Shown in pieces: positions 1 through 13,107 of a stretch of DNA of 64,000 bases. The stretch is from NCBI GenBank assembly GCA_965287045.1, contig OZ336872.1, positions 119,102,001 to 119,166,000 of the forward strand, read 5' to 3'. The position numbers and the translations under genes were made by a program. The DNA is from Carcharhinus amblyrhynchos. Its lineage: Eukaryota. Every line of letters begins with the position of its first letter. The first letter of the stretch is position 1. The notes under the pieces were generated by a model, which saw only the letters and a list, made by a program, of their open reading frames with translations, searched no databases and was not told the DNA's origin.

Positions 1-133
1 GCTGTGGTAAAGGGTCATCTGGATTCGGAATGTCAGCTTTTTTTTTCCTTACAGATGCAGCCAGATCTGCTGAGATTTTCCAGCATTTTATCTTTTAGTT
101 TCAGATTCCAGCATGCACAGTAATTTGCTTTTA
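1..133 (+). repeat. Dispersed repeat (acagatgctgcc...ctgctga...ttccagca family), possibly a second Penelope-like terminal family
   Basis: Similar segments at about 9140-9225 (+), 16115-16155 (+) and 62245-62300 (-). Confidence 0.5.
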
Positions 134-3100
134 CCGTCTTCATGCTGAATTTCCCCTTTTTTAAAATAGTATAGACAGTTAGCTCACAATCACATTGATA
201 ACTTTATCACCTTAGCTAAGGACCTCCCCTGTGCTAGGACCTTATGAACAGTGCACATTACTGTCTGAAAATCAAAATGGCATTTTCCTGAAAAGCCTTA
301 TGTTCTTGTAAGGAAATCAAAAAAAACTACAAATCAGAAAATCAAAACATTAAGATGCTGTTAACCTGCATTGTAGAGTGTCTTTATTTTTTGAAAGGGA
401 AGTTCGAATGTTAGAAGCAGTGGGGAAATTCACCGACTATTTATACTCGGATATAAATATACTTCCTAGTGACAGCCAATCCAAATAGCCCAGGGAGTAT
501 AGCCAGCAGAATGTGGTACAGTTTACAGAAATCACGGTGACATCAACTGTTATCAGACGCCTCAAATCTGCAGGAAAAGCATTATTTGGTAAATCGTCTG
601 AAACCACGAGGACAAATGATTCACTGATTGCAAATCCAAGACGTGTTCTTTTGTCAGTCTCGAAACACCAGTCCAAATCGTGCATCTCCACCAACATCAG
701 TCTTTCTCTGCCAACCACAGAGACAATTACAATAATTGGTTTACAGATTAGGCTCAGTACAAAAGGCAGGAAATGATCTTTTTGGAATAAAAAAAGATGA
801 TATTTCCATTTGTGGAGGCAAAGTTAGAGGGAAGCAGCAGAATGGAGAAGATTAATCATGGGAGTCAATCCATATGAATACTGAGGCCAGGCATTCAGCT
901 TAATGACTACTTCTCTATGATATAAACCATGTGCAACATGTGTACTCCGTGTGATGTGATTGCATGTTCGCTGACTTTATGTACAGGTTAAAATCATTTC
1001 CAAAAGCATATTAATACTGATTGATTATTAAAGTCAGTTGAATTCACTGTTTAGATAATCTCAAAAGAACTAAAAAGCACGTTTCAATTCATATCAACAG
1101 ATCGTGTTGATTTCATTGAGGTGACTTATACGTATAAACATTAAAGTTGAATTTTATTTGCAGTGCTGTTGATTTATTACAAAATTCTCATTCCTCTGCC
1201 CTGCTTCACTGTAAGGGGATCAGTAGCTATTAAACGCAAGAGAGTTATCATCATTTTTTGGGGTGCCTTTAATGTTAGATTGAAGAGTCTGAGCCTACAA
1301 GTAAACATAAAATAGATCATGTTCAATATTATTACAGTTGGAATTCTGACAAGATTGAATAGATTCAGCTCAGACCATGGTGTATTGAAAAGGAACCATA
1401 GCCTGGTCAGTGCAGAGAGCTGACCCACAGAAGCAACGGAGACAGGAGCCTGGGTACTGTGGATATCCAAACCCGAGAATGTTCAGCATGAAGTAAGAGA
1501 TGGACCCAGAACTTCAACCATCTGCGCAGGGATTAACTTCTGTCAATATTCCTGATTCTGCCAGCTAAGGCAAATTATGAGCGAGATTATTGCAAATGAT
1601 GAAAGACATTGTGAAAAATAATTCTAAATGCTGAACAACTAAAAGTTTCAGAATTGGTTACTGGGTGAGTTTGAGAAGTGCAATTTTATGGCACTTAGTG
1701 CAAAGAAAAGTGACAGGATGCAATTCTCGCCTGCAGGAGGAGGGGGTGGAGCCTGAACTCATGCAAAGCACTTCATTAATATATAAATTGGCAAAACAGT
1801 ACGAGTACAATTGGGGGAGGTGAGAAACCAGGCATGAATCTAATTTTCCACCTCCTGCCCAATCTTACCACCTTGCCTAGCCAAAAGTCGGGTTGGATGA
1901 AGTCTTAAGATTGCGTCCATAGGATCTACCTGGAGTAGTTCAGATGCTTGGAAGACATGCCATTGATGATATCACTGGAGAATAGTCAATGGTTCTCCAT
2001 TTGAAAAGTGCACAAAAATTCTCATCAATGAATACTACCCTCCTGCAGTTCTTAGGCTAGCCCACTTATGACACTTATCGGAGAATCAATGAAACTGAGG
2101 CAGTGCATCTTTGTTAGAGTCTCCCTAGTAATGTTACTTCTGTTTAATTCTTCTCCATAAAATATTGCTGCAACTACACAAAAGTCCATCAAACGTATAT
2201 GACTTAACAAGCAAAAAATCTACATGACCGTATTAAACAATATAAGCCTTAAATCTGTAATAAACTACATGACAGCACATGGAACATGGAAGACTCAACA
2301 GTAATCTGTAATTCTAAGAATATCCCACTATAAGAATCATTCGGTTTAATAGGATAAAAGAGCGATACAATTCTCTTACGTTTAAGGCAACATTGAGAAC
2401 AGATCTTACGAGCATAAAACTAAATACTATTTGTCTATTCTAGACGGTATTCCTTAAATCCCTCTGTTCGGGATGCATATTCCCCCATCTTGCACTGTTT
2501 CTCTGCACCCAACTGCTCCTTCGGGTGAAAGGAACTGCAATCTTTCAGTGTTCCTCTGTACGTCCCCTTTATGTTTCCCAAAGGAGAACATACCTATCTC
2601 CCGGACATCCATTGCTTTTTGCTATCCAACTATTCTCTACTGTGTTTCCTATCTGTCCGCTATCTGCTGTATAATCAGACTGTAAAAGAACATTAGTGGA
2701 AGTCAGTGTGGTAGTATTAGCGAAGATAGGAAAGACAGAGGGGAGAGAAAAAAATCCTCCTTATTTATTTTTGCATCACATCTGCTGAGAAAATCATTCC
2801 ATATTTAGTCGCCCCTTATCAATGTGTGACAATAATGAGATTTGGACAGACATGAAGGGGATATGATGGAGTATAGTTCAAACTGCCAGCTTGCAGGTCT
2901 GTCACAAACGATGTAGAACTGGCTCGGTACCAAAAGAATAAGGCTAGATGATTAAGAAAACAAAATCGCTAATTACACTTTCAAATGCAGTAATTTGCAG
3001 AGGATAAAATATCCATCAAAAGCAGCTGAAAGTGCAGGAGTTAGAAAGGAAACATTGCATGACCCCCTGACCTCGTCTTTCTTTACCAACTTCCTGCATT

Positions 3101-3904
3101 GTTACATGTTGAGGCCAGATGTTGGCAGGAGAAAAAGCCCGATCACCAAGAGAAGTTTTAATGTGCACGTAATGTTAATTTAATCAAATTTCATCTTGCA
3201 TATTTCAGCTTTGATATTTTCTATTATTCCTGTTACCATTTACAAAGATGGGGTGGGGGGGGGGGGGGTCGGGGAGAAAGCTGAAGTGAACTGGGAAGAT
3301 TTTTATCTCTGTAATCTTTGTGATGTTTAAAAACGCTATGCAAAATTAACAAGAAACAAAAAAAACTGCAGCGAAAAATGTGAGCACCTAATCTTAGATT
3401 TAAACGTGACTCCGGAGCTTAATGAAACTGAGTGAAAAAATGTTTTAAGAAACATTCCTTTCAAGAAAATTAATGGAAAACAATTTAAGAGGCAGAGAGA
3501 AAAAAAAGCTTCAGTATCAAATCTTAAAGCTCTGGAGTAATCCATCATCAAATTGTGTGGCTCAATGACTTGTTGCTTCACACACAGCTAGGCTTAGTTT
3601 CTAGATTGCCAAACTTACAGGGAGTGCAACTCAAGATGCAGAGTTACATCTAAAAGCTTGGCACCCACAATTTAATCAAGAAGGTTTACTCTGATCGTTC
3701 CTCATTTCATTATGCAGTTAAGGCAGAACTTCGCATGAGCAATTGCACTCATACTCTGCCATCTAGAAATACTGTCAGGAACCTAAAATACCACAACCAC
3801 TAACCTGTGAGCCTCAGCTTTGACAACATTCTTGTATTTAAATCTGTAGGTTGTGTGTTAAAACTCTAAAAGCTAAACATGCAAGCTAGTCCATCACTTC
3901 AATG

Positions 3905-4200
3905 ATTTGATTTGATTTATTATTGGTCAGGTGTATTAACATACAGTGAAAAGTATTGTTTCTTGTGCCCTATACAGATAAAACATACCGTTCATGGAGA
4001 AGGAAACAAAAGAGTGCAGAATGTAGTGTTTACAGTCTTAGCTGGGGTATAGAGAAAGATCAACTTAATACACGCTAAATCCATTCAAAAGTCTGACAGC
4101 AGCGGGGAAGAAGCTGTTCTTGAGTCAGTTGGTATGCGATCTCAGACTTTTGTACCTTTTTCCCGATGGAAGAAGGTGGAAGAGATAATGTCCAAGGTGT
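3905..4200 (-). mobile_element. Rex/Babar-like LINE 3' end with (TCAAA)n tail
   Basis: atttgatttgatttattat...tacagtgaaaagtattgtttctt; minus strand encodes an NRLKNSFFP-like motif. Confidence 0.72.
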
Positions 4201-4224
4201 GAGCAGTTTTTAACGCAGTACTGA

Positions 4225-4452
4225 GGGAAGATAAAGTCACCATTGTCCCAGATGACCAAAGGCTAGTCTCCACTTTGAGGTGGCGGGGGCTGCGGGGGGG
4301 CGGTAGGAAGAAGGATTGACTGGTGGTGAATTAATCTGAGGATCACCGCATCTCAGGTGGGGCTCTCATGGATAACCTCAGCTGGTATGGGAATTAAAAC
4401 TGTACTGTTGGCTCACTTTGTATCACAAACCGTCCAACCAACTGAGCTAACC
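4225..4452 (-). mobile_element. Third tRNA-like SINE inserted into an older SINE remnant
   Basis: Minus strand starts ggttagctcagttggttgga (A-box-like) with a downstream aattccca B-box remnant. Confidence 0.55.
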
Positions 4453-6189
4453 AACTACTCACTTCATGTAAAAGTGCCATTGCTCTACGTGAAGGAGAGC
4501 AATAGTGTTCTTCTAGTATGTTGACCAACACTGATCCCTCAACCCACACTATCAAAAACATACTAATTGGTTATCCATATTAATGCCACTTGTGGGACTT
4601 GGTTTGCAAATGGACTGCCTGGGTTTGCCCAAAAAGCATCAGTGGCTATGCTTCGAAAGCAATTTATTAGTTTTAATGGACTTTACGATATCCTGGGCAG
4701 TTATAGTCAGATTGGCCCTCAATTGTTATACATCAGGCTCCTTCCAGCCTCAGTATTGTCAGCCAGTTTGTTATTGACAGATGAAGGAGTTACTAGCTTC
4801 AGCAGGACAACCAGTCCCAGAGCTTTCACAACTGACCAACCAGAAGAATGCTGGAAGGTAACAGAATTGTTGGCTTTCCCACAATCTGGAGGATCATTGA
4901 GTTGTCAGGTCAATATGGCTGATCCAGTTAAGCTACTGATGTATGACCCACCCTAATGTTGATAGTCAGGATTTGACTGATGGGCAACACATGCCCAGGA
5001 TATCATAAAGTCCATTAAAACTGATGAATTACTGTCAAAGTGCAGCCACCAATGTTTTATAGGCAAAATGGGCAGTCAATTTGCAAACAGCAAAGTCCCA
5101 CAGGCAACAGTAACATAGATGAGCAGTTTGTATATTTTTAATCGTGTGGGGTTGAGGGATCAGTGTTGGTCAAGATAAAAGAACCCTGCTATTCTCCCCC
5201 ACATAGAGCAATGGCACTTTTACACATTTTACACTGCAGAAGACGCCAATGTTTAACTTGTTATCCAAAAGACAGCATTTGAACAATGCAATATTCTCTT
5301 AGTGTTCTGTGATTTGTGGAGGAGCTCCCAAAGGAGATGGCTCAATTTGACAATAACTCCTTCTAAGCCTCAGTTTCCTCAGGTAAATTCCTACTGCCGT
5401 AGTCATATTATCCTGCGTAATACAGGTGACCTGCTGTGTGGTACTGAAGCAGGAATACCATGCATGCCAGCTGACATTACAGTCAGCCCTTCCCTGCTCT
5501 TAGTCTTTATCTCCAAGCTTGGTGTGAATGGAACATTATACCCATCCCTAAATGTGAAAAAATCTGGCATCTGCAAAGAAAACTGAAACCAAATCCCCCC
5601 CTCAAACCTTTTCACAGCAACCTCTTGACACAACAAACAAGCAATGTGCCACTGTTACTATATGGAGTGCTTCCCACTTAAGTTTCCAATCTGTTGGTTT
5701 AATTGCCCTGATGAAATTACTTGAGTATAATAGTGCTATTGATCCAAAATCTTCATTTAACAGTTTTGTTGGATTGGAAATTTCCTCGGAGCTTTTCCAG
5801 GTCCATTGCTAAATCTTCACCAAAAATGTGCTGGAAACCACATTCACATGCGTAAGTGCGTTTCGCACCATTAATGAGGTAAAATTACGTCCCCTGGTGG
5901 ATCACAAGACCCATGCTGAGGAAATACCTAACCAGAAGCCAAGGAAATGGCTAATATGTGAAGACATTAACATTCCCAGCTGATATTAGAAATTTGCTGC
6001 CATTGCCCTTTTATGCTGACAGAAAATTTTAGACTCCTCCATTTTCCCACTGAATTGTTAAAAATATTTTATAAATCAGATACATTAAGTGCAATAAGAA
6101 GAATGCATAAAATATAGATGAGAAAAGAATATAAAATGTATTACAGCCAGCAAGAAACCACACAATCATGGACTCTACATTTCGTTTTA

Positions 6190-7200
6190 TTTATCCATGG
6201 GATGGGAGTGTCACTAGCTAAGCCAACGCAGGATTGTCCATCCCTAGTTGGCCTGAGAAGGTGGGAGTGGTGAGCCACCTTCTTGAACTACTGCAGTTCA
6301 GCTGGTGTAGATAGACTGTTCGGGCGTTCCAGGATTTTGGCATAGCATCGGTGAAGGAATGGCGAGATAATTCCAAGTCAGAATGTTGTATGACTTGGCG
6401 GAAAACTTCAAAGTGGTGGTGTTTCTATGCACCCACTGCTCTTATCACCTGGATAGTAAAATCCAGCCCAACGTATACAGTTTGAGATCACCAACCTTCA
6501 ACGGACATTCACGCATCTGAAAATACTCAGAAAATTTGACACAAGGATTTAAAAATCTAAATTATGGAAAAGGCTGTCAGGACCACAGAAAGCATTCTTT
6601 TTGGATGTATCAAGGCTTGGTATGACTCCTGCTCTAAGACCCCAAAAAACTACAAACAGTCATGAACGAAAAACAGTCCATCCACTCAAACCAGCCTCCC
6701 ACCCATTGACACAGTCTACACTTGCCGCTACATCAGCAAAGCGGCCAGCATACTCAAGGACCACACACACCCTGGACATTCTGACTTGGGAATTATCTCT
6801 TATCCTTTTAGGTGATTTTACAAGCCCTGCAGGGGCATAGGTTGTGGATTTGGAAGGTGCTGCTGAAGGAGGCTTGGCTAATTGCCGCAGTGCATGCATC
6901 TTGTGGGTGGTACACACTGCAGCCACAGTGTGTTGGTGGTGGTGGGAATGAATGTTGAAGGTGGTGGATGGGCTCCCAATCAAGTGAGCTGCTTTGTCCT
7001 GGATGGTGTTGGGCTTCTTGAGTGTTGCTGGAACTGCACTCATCCAGACAAGTGGGGAGTATTCCATCACATTCCCGACTTGTGCCTTGTAAATGGTGGA
7101 CAGGCTTTGGGGAGTCCAGCTTCTGATCTGCTCTTGTAGTCAGTGTTTATATGGGTAGTCCAGTTTAATTTCTGGTCAATGGTAGCCATCAGGATGTTAA
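6190..7200 (-). mobile_element. LINE 3' fragment (CR1/L2 group), interrupted by a templated insertion at 6456-6834
   Basis: MEYSPLVWMSAVPATLKKPNTIQDKAAHLIG; colinear with 37078-38010 and 42618-43435. Confidence 0.8.
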
Positions 7201-7709
7201 ATCGATCCTACTGGATTATTCCTAGTGAGTTCAACATCTACAATGAAACCTTTTAAAGATAATACTTTCTGAAATTTCTTGCTGCTATTCCAAAGTAGTG
7301 AGTAAAATATTAGTAAAAGTAAAAGAAGGCATTTATAATCATTTGATTGTTGTTCACACCCTCAGGACATGTCATAGCCAGCCCTACTGGTCTTTTAAAA
7401 CCCTAAATTAGGTTATTAATATTGTTTTAATTAGGAAAATTTGATTTGATTTATTATCACATTTGGTGTACAATGAAAAGTATTCTTTCTTGTATGCTAT
7501 ACAAAGCATACCATTCATAGAGAAAGAGAGGGTGCAGAACTGGTTGCACAGGGCACTGACTGTGGATTTCAGAATGTGGCAAGAATGGCCATCCTAAGAG
7601 TGTTATATATCTTGGTTGGGCACAAAACACGAGGGAAGGGCATTCAATTGGAAACCATGTGGGGCAAGATGGAGACAGGCATAGTTACTGAGGAAGAAAA
7701 TGTCGCAGT

Positions 7710-8180
7710 TTTTGATTATTGTCACAAGTATTAATATACAGTGAAAAGTATTGTTTCTTACCTGCTATACAGACAAAGCATACTGATCATAGCAAAGGGA
7801 AAAAGAGAATGTGGAATGTAGTGTTAACAGTCCTGGCTAGGGTCGAGAGAAAGAGTAACTTAACATAAAGTAGGTCCATTCAAATATCTGATGCCAGCAG
7901 GGGAGAAGCTGTTCTTGAGTCGGTTAGTACATGACCCCAGACTTTTTTTTATCTTTTTCCCAATGGAAGAAGGTGGAAGAGAGAATGTCCGGGGTGTGTG
8001 TGGTCCTTGAGTATGCTTTTCTGAGGTAGCGGGAAGTGTAGACTGTGTCAATGGGTGGGAGGCTGGTTTGAGTGGTTGGACTGTTTTTCGTTCATGACCA
8101 TTTGTAGTTTCTGCGGTCTTAGTCAGCGCAGGAGTCATACCAAGCCTTGATATATCCAAAAAGAATGCTTTCAATGGTGC
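7710..8180 (-). mobile_element. Rex/Babar-like LINE 3' fragment (short extra piece at about 7440-7540)
   Basis: TNRLKNSFSPAGIRYLN in ORF 7860..8174; same 3' UTR as 3905-4200. Confidence 0.75.
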
Positions 8181-8355
8181 TGACAGCCTTTTCCATAATT
8201 TAGATATTTAAATCCTTGTGTCGATTTTTCTGAGTATTTTCAGATGTGTGAATGTCCATTGAAGGTTGCTGATCTCAAACTGCATACGTTGGGCTGGATT
8301 TTACAAGCCCTGCAGGGATGGGCTGGTAGTGGTGGTAGAGGGGTGGGGATGTAAA

Positions 8356-8554
8356 ATGACATGGGAAGGCAAAAGTTGTAATGTCTGTTGTCTCCTTGCC
8401 GCCATGACATTTTACATGTGGCTGAGAACATGATGGTTTTCTTGCCCAGTGGCCAAATGGGCAAGAAAACCATCCTTCACATTCTCAGCCACAAGTAAAA
8501 TGTCATGTCTTCTTGCTGCCAACAGGCATTACAACTTTTGCCTTCCCTTGTCAT
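8356..8554. repeat. Long imperfect palindrome (arms about 95 bp, loop about 9 nt)
   Basis: atgacatgggaaggcaaaagttgtaatg...gatggttttcttgccca / tgggcaagaaaaccatc...cattacaacttttgccttcccttgtcat. Confidence 0.9.
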
Positions 8555-9604
8555 GCCTGCCACAACTGGCATTTAATAAGCGATGGGAGTCTCTCCCTTA
8601 AGGGGTGGGAATCACCTGGGAAATCCTGGAGGCCTCCCTGCAGGATCATTACTCAGACCTCCCCCCATCCTCCACATCCCTCCCCTCACAGTGATTGCTC
8701 TCAGCAACCCCTGCTGTGACTGATCTGTTTGAGAGGGTTCCCATATTATCCTCATCTTCCAGCCATAGTTCAAGAGGTGGCCATCAGTTCTGATGGCACT
8801 GCTAATTTGCCAGCTGCTTGTAGAGATGGGCTCTTGTTCTTTAAAAAGGGACAGGAGCCCTGAAGATGCCAATTGGATGCCAGGTAGCCAGAAAATTCCA
8901 CCATGGTCTACCAGCTGAGACAAAGTTGCCCCAGTCTTTTAGATCCTCATACAATTATGGTCATAATGTTGCAGATGTGACTTCCCCATTACGCTGAGAT
9001 CTTGTTGTTATATTTTTAAAATCCTACAAATTCAACCAGCTGATTAGTTTTGTTGATAACAATCTCACGTTGACAGGATCTTTACAGCAAATAATCACAC
9101 ACAAATCTTTCGTCGAGCTTAAGTATTTACCCGTATTTTCACGACAGATGCTGCCTGATCTGCTGACTATTTCCAGCATTTGTGTGCTGTTTATTTTAGA
9201 TTTCCAGCATCTGCATTATTTCACATTTGTACACATGAACCCTCTTTGTTGTCTCTCTTTGCCATTGGTCATTATGAATGTGTTTGTATTTCCTGCTTAA
9301 ATATGTATTACTAGCATTTTATTAGTTTGTCATTCCTTATTATGAATGCTAAATTTAATCCAAATCCCATTGTACTTTAACAATTTCCTTCCCATTGTAA
9401 CTGAGCGGAATTTCATGGCCTCTTCCACTGGTGGGACCAGAAGGCTCCATCAAAGTCAATAGCCTTTCAAAAGCTCACCACATTTCCGGGCCCTACCCAT
9501 GCCAGGGTCATAAAATGCTGCCCATTAAAGGAAAATTATTGGCGACATCAAGTAAATTTGTTTTGTCCAGTAAAAATATTACAATCCTTTTTAAAAGTTT
9601 AATT

Positions 9605-9870
9605 ATTTGTGTCATAAATAGGCTGACATTAACACTGCAATTAAGTTACTATCAAAATCGCCTAGTTGCCACACTCCGGTGCCTGTTCGGGTACACCGAG
9701 GGAGAATTTAGCATGGCCAATGCACTTAACCAGCACGTCTTTCAGACTGCGGGGGGAAGCCGGCGGAAAACCATACAGGGAAAATGTGCAGATTCCGCAC
9801 AGTGACCCAAACCAGGAATTGAACCCACTGTGGCACTGTGAGGCAGCAGTGCCAACCATTGTGCCACCCA
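9605..9870 (-). mobile_element. V-SINE-like SINE with alternative 3' tail
   Basis: Same head and core as the HE1-like copies, but the tail reads ccctcggtgtacccgaacagg...tgcagtgttaatgt. Confidence 0.8.
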
Positions 9871-11500
9871 CTCTATATAGTTTATAAATAGGATAATAAG
9901 AAGAGGAGACTCAATAGGATTCAGTGGAACTTCAGCTGTGTTTGCCTCCCAGGCACGTTGCACTATCTTTTATTTCTGCTGCTAATAAAATGTTCATTAC
10001 AGCTACTAAATTTGCCATATGGGCCCAAACATTATGTGGAGTTTTATTAAATAACTTACGAAATCAAAATAATTCATAGCAACTGGATACATGTCACTGA
10101 CCAATTTAGTAACCACCTCAAACAATTCCAGTGGATTTATGAGCCGCATGATCTATTAACCCCAAAACTGATTACGCCACAGCTTCTGCACTGTTTAAAT
10201 AAATGGTAACAGATTTCAATGAAATGCTTTTGAGGGCTTCTCGCACTTCCAGTGTTGCACAAGATGCTCTGTAATCCAGAAATGTATGTCCAATTTCTTT
10301 TCTTTTTTAAGAACAGTACATGATGTTTCCTATCATCCATTTGCATGAAGATACATTCTTCCTTTTGTAGAACTCATACAAAAATATTAACCAACTTTGC
10401 ATTGCACTTCCTTGCTCATTTCTGTGGACAATTCCACAATGTAGTTCCCCTTGGCCAGGCATCCCTGTGGTCCTTTCATTCCCGTACTTCTCAATAACAC
10501 GCTTTACCAAGCTATACATCTGTTTTAGATTTCTGGAACAAGTAGGGCTGGAACTTGCCTGCAGTCTTCACTTGGTGAAAACCGATATGAAGAGTTTATT
10601 CCAACACCTCTACAGTTTCCTAGTTGATGGATTGTGCTTGAATAACCGGAGATTTCAACTGAACATTGCATTGGCCTGTACACCTCAGCTGCCATGAGAT
10701 ATTCTGAGTGCAATCAAGGTACCTAATTAGCATGTGACCTGTGAGCATCTGGAACACAGTCACTTTTCACGAGGAGTCATATGTGATCTTGTTAGATGTT
10801 CTTGTTAATAACATTTTAATTTTACGGCAAAACTACAAACAGTAAGGGTCAGAGCCATACTCATTCACTGTCACAATGAATGGAATTATCCAGGTCTCCA
10901 AGAGACTGTTTAAATATACCCCACAAAAAATTGTCACCTTGTGTATTGTTAGATTAATACCATAACACAGCATGGATGCATTTTGTTATCCATCAAAAAT
11001 TTGATTTCAAGGAAGAAAAATTCGAAAGTTAAATCTACCTACTTAACGACATATGAGCACGAATTACAGCTGAATGGATAACGATATACGATTCCATTAC
11101 AAGCAAGCCAATAAATTAAAATAACAAAAATGTTGTTGACATAATGATGCCAGAAATATCCTTTTGATTTCAGTGTCCATAATGAGGTGCAGGTGTAAAT
11201 GATTAAAAAGGGAGGTATCCCTTTTCAGTGCAGCTCTCAAATGCTGCAACTCCACAGGCAGACTGCATTGTACATCTGTAAAACAGGAGATCAGGCCACA
11301 GATTCATTCAAATCACTGTTTGACTCTGACGGGCTAATTGTGTGTTGAGTGACTAAGGACTGAAGCAATCCCTGCATGAAAAGAACCAAATCTTTTTGCT
11401 GGATGTATGTGTTTGTCTCTCTCCGGCAGTCTGCGAGTCAGAGTTACCCCCACATCCCTTCTCTTCTCCTGGCCCTCCCATCTTTGACAGCATCAACAAG

Positions 11501-11838
11501 CATAGCGCGGTGGTTAGCTCTGCTGTCTCACAGCGCCAGGGATCTGGGTTCAATTCGGGTGGCATCCTGTCTGGAGTTTGCATAATCTCCCAGTGTCTGC
11601 ATGGGTTTCCTCCCATAGTCCAAAGATGTATCGGTTGGGTGGCTTGGCCATGTTAAATTGCCCCGCAGGTTAGGAGGATTGTGGGGAGAGGAGACTGAGG
11701 GCGGATTGGAAGAGAGGGTAGGGTCTGGGTAAGGTGGGAGCGGGATAGTGTGGGTTGGGTAAGATGCTATTTTTGGAGAGTTTGTGCAGACTCAATGGGC
11801 TGAATGGCCTCCTTCTGCACTGAAAAGGATTCTATGGA
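11501..11838 (+). mobile_element. HE1/V-SINE-like tRNA-derived SINE
   Basis: A-box-like gtggttagc, B-box ggttcaattc, core ggagtttgca...gggtttcctccca, tail gaatggcctccttctgcactg...attctatg. Confidence 0.85.
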
Positions 11839-12142
11839 AGAATTCTGATTCAGATCCATGTCAGATTTTCCTGCTTTTTGGTCAGTTTCTATACTGCTCC
11901 TCAGCCAGCCCCTCATGGATGTACATTAGGAACACAACTCCATTTGAGGTATACTGTACTGTATCTGTTCTATCCTCAGAGCCACAAAGTGGATCTGGTG
12001 CCAGCTCTGGTCACAGGTCTTAAGTTCCTGCAGCATCTGCCTTCCTGCAACAGTACTTAATACACTTACACGCTGTTGCGTTTTGATACCCTGGTGCCCT
12101 AATTGGCAAAGGTGGGAAAAAAACACATCAAAATTGGGGAGA

Positions 12143-12500
12143 CATTGGCCTATTTGTATTATCGCTAGACTATTAATCCAGAAACTCAGCTAACGTTCTG
12201 GGGATCTGGGTTCAAATCCCACCACGGCAGACGGTGGAGTTTGAATTCAGTTTAAAAAAAAATCTGGAATTAAGAATCTACTGATGACCATGAAACTATT
12301 GCTGATTGTTGGAAAAACCCATCTGGTTCACTAATGTCCTTTAGGGAAGGAGATATGTTGTCCTTACCTGGTCTGACCTGCTGTGACTCTGGAGTCACAT
12401 GTAATGTGGTTGACTCTCAGCTGCCCTCTGAACAAGGGCAACCAGGGATGGGCAATAAATGCTGGCCAGCCAGCAATGCCCGTGTCCCATGAATGAATTT
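12143..12500 (+). mobile_element. Second tRNA-derived SINE family sharing its 3' end with a LINE
   Basis: B-box ggttcaaatccc; tail gggatgggcaataaatgctggcc...cccatgaatgaa matches the LINE end at 37078. Confidence 0.8.
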
Positions 12501-12598
12501 AAGAAATAATTAAAATGCATTTGGAATAGGGCAATAAAATGATTCCCACTTGAACACGGAAACCAGCTTCTGCTTTGTCAGCAAGGTATGTTCCTCAC

Positions 12599-12743
12599 CT
12601 CTCCTCCAAGGGCCCTGGGGAATGTTCAGTGTAGTTGCTGTTTCCAATGAAATTCCGGATTTCTGTAAAGTAGGAATCTTCCTTGTCATCCAGAATGGCA
12701 CTGCTGCTATCTATTTCGGAATGAGGTGAAGATGTTGCAGTAC
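12599..12743 (-). CDS. MECOM: MECOM exon, 145 nt; last exon found in the window
   Basis: ttccacag|GT ACT GCA...GAG GAG AG|gtgagg; (G)[47 protein letters not shown](R). Confidence 0.95.
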
Positions 12744-12865
12744 CTGTGGAAAATCGACAACATTGAATATTTTAGCTTCTTTTTGGCTGAGAGGGGGCAG
12801 TCACCTAAAAAGAGGGGAAATTGTACAGTCAAATATTTGGAGAATTGTTTTTGTACTGTTTTAAA

Positions 12866-13107
12866 GTCACAAGTAGGCTTAAATCAACACTGTAATGAAA
12901 TTACGTGACGATTTCCTTGCTCCGCTACGGTGCCTGTTCGGGTACACTGAGGGAGAATTCATCATGGCCAGTGCACCTAACCAGTAAAGTCTTTCGAACT
13001 GTGGGAAGAAACCCATGCAGATACAGGGAGAACGTGCAAACTCCACACAGGCAGGTGACCCAAGTTGGGAATCGAACCCGGATCCCTGACGCTGTGGGCC
13101 ACCACTG
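12866..13107 (-). mobile_element. V-SINE-like SINE with alternative 3' tail
   Basis: Same structure as 9605-9870. Confidence 0.8.

Noticed and set aside
10137-10713. Minus-strand ORF pieces with a superficial Tc1-like phrase (VKRVIEKYG...TTGMPGQG)
   Set aside because: No DDE motifs or TIRs found; cannot be supported without an HMM search.
1-12598. Remaining MECOM 3' exons (acidic region and stop)
   Set aside because: No matching Asp/Glu-rich exon found by eye, including ORFs 437..718 and 1177..1470; presumably beyond the window start.
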